From the NCBI GenBank assembly GCA_951406725.2, contig OX597825.1, positions 62,000,001 through 62,064,000 on the forward strand: a stretch of 64,000 bases of DNA. Direction: 5' to 3'. The notes beneath the pieces are model-generated. The model had not been told where the DNA came from. It saw nothing but the letters and a program-made list of their open reading frames with translations, and ran no database searches. Origin of the DNA: Octopus vulgaris. Lineage: Eukaryota. Shown piece by piece: positions 54,263 through 64,000 of the stretch; positions within the stretch are counted from its first letter, which is position 1, and each line of letters opens with the position of its first letter. The position numbers and the translations under genes are program-made.

Positions 54263-56310
54263 GTATACTCTGTGAAGGGTATCCAGCTGTAGAAACCAAG
54301 TCAAATGCTGACATCAGAGCTTGACACAGTCTTTCAACTCATCATATGCTGCCAAATTTTCTAACCCATGTCTGTATGAAATTTAGATATTAAACGAGAA
54401 TGGAGATGATAAGTGGCCAAAATTGTTTGCATTGAACTCACCACTCATAATCCAATACTTCACAGGTATTTAACCACAATGAATTGAAATGAAAAGCAAA
54501 TCCCTGTGTAAACACTAACTTGAGAATTGTCTAAAGAGATATGTAAGATGTCATCTGCTAACATTGTATATATATCATCCAACATTACAACTCATGTCAA
54601 ACAGTTCAATTAATAAATAATCTTGCTTCAAATATTTGTTTTATTGTCTGAGAGCAAGATATTCCTTCAGCAATAATATAACAGCACCAAATCTATTGCA
54701 GTAACTCATATATGCCATGTTTCTAGTTTAGTTAAATCCTAAATTGAATGCTTATATTATGTGAAATAGTCTGTTGTATTAGGTTAGGACAGAATAGATA
54801 TTCGACTTTAATATTGGAAGCTTGAATGACTGTATGAATATGTGTGCTTGTGTATGTGGTGCTGCTATTGTTGACTAATCTTCGTTAACTGTGTTTATAT
54901 CGAAATCAAATATGTGCACGTTCTATTTTCTCCAATAATCTAACGTTGATATTAGTACTGTTTGAATAAGATGTAAAGCATACTTCCAGCCAAAATTGCA
55001 CTTTCTTTGGTATTCTGTTAGCACAGATTCTTTATTGAAATGGAACCATGAAACCCATGTCAACATGGAATATATGGTCATTAGGTTAATGGCATTAATG
55101 TATTGCAGGTAAATGTGGGTTTTGCAATTAAAGCATCAAGGTTCAGCCACAAGACTAAGGAAGTCGGAAACGTCGTTTCAACTTTTCAACAATTCCTTTA
55201 ATGCTTTGCTATAATTTACAGAGAGAGAGAGATGTATGGGAAGCCAGGGAAATCAAACTCATTGACAGCTACATACATCAACAACAGCCATAGCAGTAGT
55301 AGTAGTAGTAACAGCAATCACAACAACAACAACAACAGCAACAACAGTAGTAGCTGTGATAGCAACAGCAACAACAACACAAATAACAACAGCATTAATT
55401 TGTTGGCATCATGTTAAAGACGTATTAACATTTTGTTGGCAATATAAACTTTGTATTATCATTACATTAACAATATACTTACAGAAACCTGTTTGGCTAT
55501 TGATCAAAGTCAATTATCTGATGGTATCCTGTAGAGTTAATAATTCTGTCATTCTTTAGCCAAACATTGGCATCTTCTGGTCACTGCGATGTGATTGGTT
55601 TGTCATGTCTTGTAACAAGAATTTCAAGTGATATATTGATATTTGTTATGTGAAGACATCAACCATGAAATATCTGAATCTATTTCTATTTCCTCATTTA
55701 CTTTGCTCTGCTGTTATGTATATCACTTATAAAACATTAACTGCTTATTATGTTTGTGGTTGAATGCAAATTCTAGGCTATGCTGCTGACTCATCTATAT
55801 CTCAGTAATACTCAGACCACATGTGGAGAAAATGCAATCCCTTGTGTCTTTAATCAGTATATCTTTTTTTTTTTTAGCTATAACTTTCCACCTTTATGTA
55901 GCATAGCTGCATAATACAATATTTCAACAAGATAAGGCATCAAGCTTACAGAATCATTAGCATATTGGAATGAAAATGCTTTGTAGCATTTAGTCCATCT
56001 CCACATTCTGAGTCCAAATTCTGTTGAGGTCAACTTTGCCGTTCATCCTTTTGAGATTGATAAAATAAGTACCTGTTGAAAATTGGGGTTGATGTAATTG
56101 TTGTACACCCTGCCGCAAAATTACTGGCCATTTGCCAAAATTTGAAACCAATATTTTAACAACATATTCATACTGCTTTTGTTACAATGTCCTTCCAAAT
56201 ATTTAGAAGTTATTTGAAATATATAAAAAATCATACAATGTACGGCTAATTGCAGTTAAGGAGAAAGGGAAAAACAATCAATTGATATAAAGAGATTTAG
56301 AGAACATCGT

Positions 56311-56535
56311 TTAACCCATTCATTATTGTATTTCTGTTGAGATGCTCTGTGTTTCTTTCAATTACTTTAAATATAACAAAGAATTTAGTAAAATAACTTA
56401 GTTATCATTCATCTAGTGTTAGGAACATAATTTGTGACTAAGGTTTGGTGGAAGATTAATTCAAAACTTATGAAAACAAGACATTTGTGCACAGAGCCAG
56501 AGCCGGTTTCAGCCAGGTTGGTAATGAAAGGGTTA
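56311..56535. mobile_element. TTAA-MITE, second family
   Basis: TTAA-CCCATTCATTA...TAATGAAAGGG-TTAC terminal inverted repeats. Confidence 0.8.
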
Positions 56536-57026
56536 CATTGTTTTTTGCCACACAACCAAGACCAAGTATGAGTTCTAGTGTTCTATTTTCAATTTCAGGT
56601 CAGTTCATTTTCTTTGCTTACTGTTCATATATCAGTGGTCAAACAATGGACATTACAACTCTCATTTCCTCCTCCAGAAAAACACTGCAGTATTACATCA
56701 TCGTTAATGGATGCCTAATTGTGAAAATTCCAAGCACTAAATGGATATTTTATCCATAAGGCATGAAGCAGTGTTTAATGTCATGCTTTGCTAACTAAAT
56801 AGAAGTCACATACAGTTGGACACAAATAAATAAGTGGTGTTGTATAAATGAACAAAGCATTCAGGCCTCAGTAACCAAGTACATTTAATTACAAATACGT
56901 ACTACAACACCACTTCATTTACTTGTAGTACTGAATCCAAGTTCTTAGTACACATACAATTGTTAAACCATAGTTTTTATTTTTATTACTCAGTCAAGAG
57001 GTTGGATTATACCAATGACCTCTACA

Positions 57027-57482
57027 GGCATAGGAGTGGCTGTGTGGTAAGTAGCTTGCTTACCAACCACATAGTTCCGGGTTAAGTCCCACTGCATGGC
57101 ACCTTGAGCAAGAATAAGTTCTGGGGTTGACTTGCTTGACTAAAGGCAGTGCTCCAGCATGGCCACAGTCAAATGGGTTGACCAATGCCTTGTGAGTGGA
57201 TTTGGTAGATGGAAACTGAAAGAAGCCTGTCATATATATGTATATATGTATGTGTGTGTGTATGTGTGTGTGTCTGTGTTTGTCCCCCAATATCACTTGA
57301 CAACTGATGCTGGTGTGTTTACGTCCCCGTAACTTAGCGGTTTGGCAAAAGAGATTGATAGACTAAGTACTAGCTTACAAAGAATTAGTCATGGGGTCAA
57401 CTTGCTCAACTAAAGGTGGTGCTCCAGCATGGCCACAGTCAAATGACGGAAACAAGTAAAAGAGTAGAAGAGTAAAGAGAGT
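57027..57482 (+). mobile_element. SINE family A with an internal copy of its own 3' segment
   Basis: Tail motif CTAAAGGCAGTGCTCCAGCATGGCC appears at about 57140 and again at about 57410. Confidence 0.85.
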
Positions 57483-58519
57483 TTCTCTGAGACAGGTTCT
57501 TGGTAATAGAGAATATCACAACTCATTCATCTCCACTAAGCATAACTTCATTTTCTCTATATAGTCTCTGTATAGACTAGCTGAATGTCAGTAACCTTCA
57601 GATATAAACGACTATAAGTTTTAATCCTTTAACATCAACTAAACATAATTATCACAAATAAATACAGCTAAAACAGCTACCATCCCATTAGTATTCCCTC
57701 CCATTCCATCCATCCTGAATAAGAAAGAAATTGATTGATTCCCGGAATTATTTGCTCAAGATTCAGTCACTACAATAATGTTTAAATATTCTTTAAAAAG
57801 TTATCACTTGTCCAAGCCAGATGGAGTTATTTATAAACATGGCACTTTAATTTTGCAGAAATGCTGGACAATTATTTGTTCTGTTGTTGAAATACAATAG
57901 ACTTTTCTTCGAATATTTAACGACTGTCTAGAAGCATAAATTCTTGACACACTCATGCAATCATTCAAATCTGCCAAAAGTGATTTTTTGATAAAAATTA
58001 TTCTACATCTCATAAATTTTGACTTTTAACATTTTTTATGCCAAATATTTTCGATCACATATGTATATTTTCCTTAGTCTGTGTATGTGCAATGGTATAA
58101 ACACAAACATATATATTCATGTTTATACAGATATGTGATGGAATTTGTGCGCATATATATACATATATGTGTGTATATATACATATATATATAAGTATAT
58201 GTAAATCTTTGTTTGTATCTATATATACATATACTCATATATTTAAGAACATAACAAGAGAGCTTGTTTTTAGATATTAAGTTAGAATTATCATACACAT
58301 GTTTCATTAACAAGGAATGGTTATCAGTCATATGATGTAAATCAATCCAATTTCATATGGGAATAAACATGGTATCCTAAATACTGGCTTCTTGTCATAG
58401 GATATGTATTTAAATAATGCAATATCAATATCTTTCCCTCTATCTTTATATAATATATATATACACACACACAATGTTTGATCAATAAGTATCCAATTTG
58501 TTGCTATAGGAACAAAGCC

Positions 58520-58930
58520 AAAGCACACAGAGTAAAGCTGCTTAGCAGAGATTGACCTTAAACTCTGCTGTGCATGTGCACTAAGTTTTAACATTGTAGC
58601 TCACTTCCGCTGTTAACAGCAGTGCTTGGAAGGAAGGTGTGTAGCGTGTGATCATCGCACTGACCATTACAGAGGAAGTTGTCATGGCAATACTTGCTCA
58701 AAGGCCAATGTAATGTTGCAGAAAGTGTATGGAGAGGAGTGTATAAACCGCACACAAGTGTACAAGTGGTTCAGACGTTTCCAAGATGGCCAAAAAAATG
58801 TCAGTATTGATGGACGTTCTGGGACACCCACAACCAGCAGAACTAAGAAAAACTGCACATGTGCATTCAGCTGTGAAGGGACATCGTCGAATCCCCATCT
58901 GTCAGTTATCAGAGGAGGATGTGTAGCTTA
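58520..58930 (+). mobile_element. mariner relic (N-terminal HTH)
   Basis: MLQKVYGEECINRTQVYKWFRRFQDGQKNVSIDGRSGTPTTSRT. Confidence 0.85.
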
Positions 58931-59684
58931 GTTACAGTTCAGGTAGGGAGGGAAAAGAGAAAAGAGGTTAGAAGGAAGATGGAGATGACGATCATAACAA
59001 TGATGATGATGATGATGATGATGTCGATGACATCGACGACAGCAATGATATCGATATCAACGACGATGATTACATTAACGAAGATGATGATGAAGATGTA
59101 TGTATATATAACATCTCTCATTGCACATTTGTTATCCCTATAAGTGAAGAGCAATAATAATAAAAAGGATACTTTTGGATACAAAATTACATTTCTGCCA
59201 CAGGATTTGTGAATAAAGTGAAATGAACAATTTTTATGTTATCAAATAGTTAGAATGGCACTTCCATGATGTAAATTCTTCAGTTTCAATACAGAGTGTC
59301 AGATTAAATCATTTGCTGGACAGGTATGTCTTTGAATTTTCAAAACCTTCATTCAGTTTGCTTACAAAATCCTCAAGGGACACTGTTACATCCAACCTAA
59401 AATAGATGACAACTTCACAGCAAGTTCACTACATAAAGCAGTTCATCTCACATAAAAATTTATATTAGGAAGATTCATTTGACAGTTGAGAAACTAAACT
59501 TGAAGAAAAGACAGGCTTGCACATTCAGACATGTATTAATGAATGCTAAAACTATGTATAATAACCTTGAGTAACATATTTACATGTCATGTAAAAAGAG
59601 ATAAGCATTTCGTAGCAGGATGATTCACATGGTGGTTGAGTAACTGAATGTAAAGAGAGGAAAAGCTTGCAGATACTAACATCA

Positions 59685-60316
59685 ACACTTTACCATTTCA
59701 ACCAGCCACATCCAGCCCAAATATTCTACATATTTTATATTCAATCAGCCAGATCTGGTTGCTCACACATACCCTACAATGTTATTCTAAAGTTAAATAA
59801 TCTTATCATTGAAACCTTGAAGCTATGAGATAATGCATAATTAATACAAAAAAATGTAAATAAATAAGTATTACATAAAAGCTGTATTGGCCTTTGGCTT
59901 TCCCTTGGACAACATCGATGGCATGGTGAGAGGAAACTTGTATATATGAGTGACTGCTGGTCTTCCACAAACAATCTTATTTGTTTATTGCCCACAAGGG
60001 GCTAAACACAGAGGGGACAAACAAGGACAGACAAACGGATTAAGTCGATTATATCGACCCCAGTGCATAACTGGTACTTATTTAATTGATCCCGAAAGGA
60101 TGAAAGGCAAAATCGACCTCGGCGGAATTTGAACTCGGAGCGTAGTGGCAGATGAAATACTGCTAAGCATTTCGCCCGGCGTGCTAACGTTTCTGCCAGT
60201 TCGCCTCACGGGGGGAACTTTCTTCAGGTGCAATCCCAAGGTTATTCAGGACTGAAGGGATTCTTTACCCTTTACCCTTATACATTTGACAGAATAATCT
60301 GAATGCTAAAGGGTTA
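59685..60316. mobile_element. three-level nest: TTAA-MITE containing a 14360-type SINE fragment, which contains a Deu/Nin SINE (about 59975-60205, minus)
   Basis: MITE body at 59685-59875 resumes at about 60281 and ends GCTAAAGGG-TTAA. Confidence 0.8.
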
Positions 60317-61813
60317 ATTAATGATAAAATTTAAATGAAGATCATCAGAAGGAATTCAAATCAGGAATCTCTCTTGAAAGTTATAAAGAGATTTACTGGA
60401 CATGAAATATGAAAATCTTGGGAAAATCTAGTATCCAGATGTTTTTCCAGAAACTGAAAAAAATTTTTAAATGCTAACTTGGATGAAATAACAACTTCAA
60501 AACCATAGCACAAAATAACTTAGTACAAAAAATATAGCACAGTGCTTTTCAAACATTTAAACTGTTGCCCCTTTTCTATTATCAGTCGTGAAAGATTCTG
60601 GTGTCATGCACATGGCATGACACCAGAATGCCGGTGGAGCATAAAAGCACCCATTATGCTCTAGGAGTGGTTGGCATTAGAAAAGGCATCCATCTGTAGA
60701 AAACCATAACCATGCCAAATCAGACTGGAGTGTGGTGCAGCTTTCCAGCGTGTCGGCCCTGGTCAAACTGGCATGGTCAATGGACGTTAAATGATGATGA
60801 TGATGATGATGATGATGATATATATATATATATATACATATATATATGTTTGTACATATGTATGTATATATGTGTGTGTTAGTGTGTTTGTGTATGTATG
60901 TATATATGTATGCACATATATTGATGTGTATGAATACATATATGTATAGATATACATATATATGTGTATATATATATACATATATATACACATATAATCA
61001 TACAAACATACATAAACACACACACACATATATATATGTATATATATATATATATATATCTATTTATATATATATCATCATCATCAGCAGCAGCAGCAGC
61101 ATGGAAAGCGGACGCTAAACGATGATGATGATGATGATGATGATGATGATATATATATAAATAGATAGATAGATAGATAGAAAGATAGACAGACAGACAG
61201 ACAGATAGATAGATAGATAGATAGATAGATACATACATACATACATACATACATACATACATACATACATACATACATACATACATACATACATACATAG
61301 ACAGATAGCTATAGATATATATATATATTCTGAGGGTATGATGAAAAATGTAATAAAATATTGATAAATCAACTGATGTTTTGGATATTAGATAATCTGT
61401 ACCAACATTTGCAATAGACAATAGTAACCTAAAAGTTATAGTACATGACTGAAAGACTAAAGATAATTGTATCAGGGTGCATTTATCAATACCTATACTG
61501 ATTATTAAATATTCTTCAGTTGGAATGTTTATTATATGAATTACCATTATATGTGTTTATACTATGCCCATCAATATAGTCAAAGCTGAAAGTGTGTTTA
61601 TCATTAAAGCCTGAGTAATAATATCTTTGTTGCATATTCAAACATTGTCCAAGTGTTATATAACTCTAATAATGGCATTATTACTTCCCGAAGTCACATG
61701 GAAACTGCAAGATCAAGTTTACTACAATCTTCAATTTGAAACACCAAACAAATCTATTTGATATTTCATGCTTACACACAGTGGACAGTAATCATATATG
61801 TACATGGTGTATA

Positions 61814-61891
<78 letters not shown>

Positions 61892-62061
61892 TATGCATAT
61901 ATATATACATATATGTATATGTATATATATGTATATATATATATATATATATGCATACACACACACACACACATATATATGAAGGTGTGAGTGTGTGTTT
62001 ATGCATATACCTATATATATGTATGTATATACGTATATGTGTGAGTGTATGTACATACGTG

Positions 62062-62350
62062 AAGGCACATGGCTCAGAGGTTAGAGCATGAAGCTTACGA
62101 TCGTGAGGTTGTGAGTTTGAATCCCGGACCAGGGCTGCGTTTTGTGTTCTTGGGCAAGACACTTTATTTCACATTACTCCAGTTCACTCAGCTGTAGAAA
62201 TGAGTTGTGACACCACTGGTACCAAGCTATATTGGCCTTTGTCTCTCCCTTGGATAACATCAGTAGTGTGGAGAGGGAAGGCTGGTATGTATGAGTGACT
62301 GCTGGTCTTCCATAAACAATCTTGCCTGGCCTTGTGCCTCAGAGGGAAAC
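62062..62350 (+). mobile_element. tRNA-derived SINE (14360 family)
   Basis: Colinear with 14360-14692. Confidence 0.85.
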
Positions 62351-62351
62351 C

Positions 62352-63775
62352 TTCATCTTGGAACTCCAAGCGCTTCACTGTCTCTTTTGTTTATTAGGCA
62401 TTTAGAAGCAATCTTCTCTTATTGAATTGTAAATGCATAACCTTCAAAGTGCAATGTGATGCAGTCCAAGAGAAGTTTTGCTTCATGTCAGTGTTACTGT
62501 CTACTTCAAATATTCTGGAAGCATACCCATGCTTTGTCGTTTTCTTGATCGGGTCTTCTTTGAGATATGTTAGTCTGGCTGTTTTGGAGTCATGTAGGAG
62601 GTCATCAAGAAGAGAGAGCTTCTTGAGGAGCTTGTTGCCAACATACAGGAAATTGTTTTCTTCATTTTTCAGCATTAAGTTAATGTATTTATATTTGCTA
62701 CTGTTGTTTAGCACGTTTTTTCTGACAGAGGCTATGTGACATTTGAAGGCTGTCTGCATTGATCTCAAGCCTCTCTCTTCTTTATCTCTTCTTATGTAGA
62801 GCCTGTTGGTATCACTATTTCTGAGATTTCTACTTGATGTCAATATCTTGCAGGTTTTGATGTCTATGGAGGGGACTTCTTCTACAGACCAGTCAAGTAT
62901 TCCACATGTTGGAATCAGCACTGGTACTGAAAAGGCATTGTGAGATCATTGCCATCTTGTAAGAGGGGAGTTCTAGCAGCCATATTTTTTCTATTTCTGG
63001 TATAATATTCTGGGGTCACTCTATCTTTATTGGCAGTGCCTTTGTATGATATATTGTCACAAATGTCTAGGTACTTGTAGCATTCTTTGTGTGAGACAGC
63101 AGAGATAGTGAGACCATTGATGCACAGGTTTTGTGTCTGTGGAACAGATTTTCACCATTTAACTATCCAATATGAACATTTCTTTTGGCCAAATTCCATT
63201 TCTATGTCAGCTGAAGATGTTGTCATAAATTCCAGCTGCTTTGGAGCATTGCTAACATATTAAGCATATATCTTGAAGTCACTCACAAGGAAATTATGGA
63301 TTGCATTAATATAGTTGCAGATCCTAGCATGTAGCCAATTCATTTTTGGAGAAGTAATGATAATGAATTTAGTGCCACAATGAGCAGAATTAGAGACAAT
63401 ATCTTGAAATATTCTCTTTGAAATAACTATAACATTGGAGGAAATTGCTCTGCCCTCAATTCTAAATGTAAGAATTGTTGCTCAGGTTTTTGTGAGCCTT
63501 TCAACGGCAGCAATTAGGATAGCAGGAACTTTTGTCAAATGGAGTCACTTCAGCTGTCATGAGTGGGGAATAAAGTTAAATGCATTCATATAATCAAGCC
63601 ATACTATTGTAAGGCCCCTACAATGTGTTTTTTTTACCTCAGACAGTACAGCTTTCTTTATCATATATTGTTTGACACATCCTCACAGGCCCTTTTTTCC
63701 ACCATCATCACTCACTTTGTTGTTGAATTTAAAATGATCCTGCAGGAATTGGTTGAGAGAGCTGGCATACAATTT
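62352..63775 (-). mobile_element. decayed R4/Dong-type LINE RT region
   Basis: GAFTIVWLDY, DFKIYA, MEFGQKKC, YKYLDI, NAFSVPVLIPTCGILDWS and RLYIRR..RGL on the minus strand. Confidence 0.8.
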
Positions 63776-63776
63776 A

Positions 63777-64000
63777 TCTCTTATATAAAATCCGTTCTGT
63801 GTGTGTGTGTGTGTGTGTATGTATGTGTCTGTGTGTGTGTGTGGCGTCTAGGATATCGGGCGTCCTCCATCTGATTGCACTCAAATTTGATATGTAGACA
63901 CCGACGGTATCAGGGCATGTATAAGTTTTGAAAAAAATTACAAAAATCGATTCCAGGTGAGAATGCAATCGATAAAGCCATGGGAAATCGTTTTTCTTTG
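63777..64000 (+). mobile_element. probable 5' end of a second Helitron-like element, running off the window
   Basis: A followed by TCTCTTATATAAAA, then (GT)n and a CpG-rich body. It interrupts the Dong fragment. Confidence 0.55.

Overview
AT-rich, repeat-saturated animal DNA, most likely from an octopus. That assignment is an inference from the tRNA-derived SINE families and the very high density of (TA)n, (AAT)n, (GATA)n and (GAA)n tracts. No host gene could be assembled with confidence, and most ORFs in the supplied track are microsatellite artefacts. The real coding relics are transposon-derived: two mariner fragments, a decayed hAT transposase, a Tc1 fragment, a Penelope-like element (RT plus GIY-YIG, Hydra-type cysteine linker), R4/Dong-type LINE fragments sitting in (TAA)n, RTE and CR1 fragments, and a young Tx1-like LINE end inserted in (TCTA)n. 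There are also Helitron-like elements, TTAA-flanked MITEs and dozens of SINEs. The most striking pattern is a set of short, non-coding, mutually dissimilar elements next to (TA)n or (AAT)n. Each carries a minimal type-I hammerhead ribozyme motif, and four of them also have a fold-back (inverted) duplication. One of these has a tRNA-like Pol III head, making it a candidate Penelope-mobilised SINE with a ribozyme. All coordinates, translations and pairings were read by eye; repeat boundaries are approximate.
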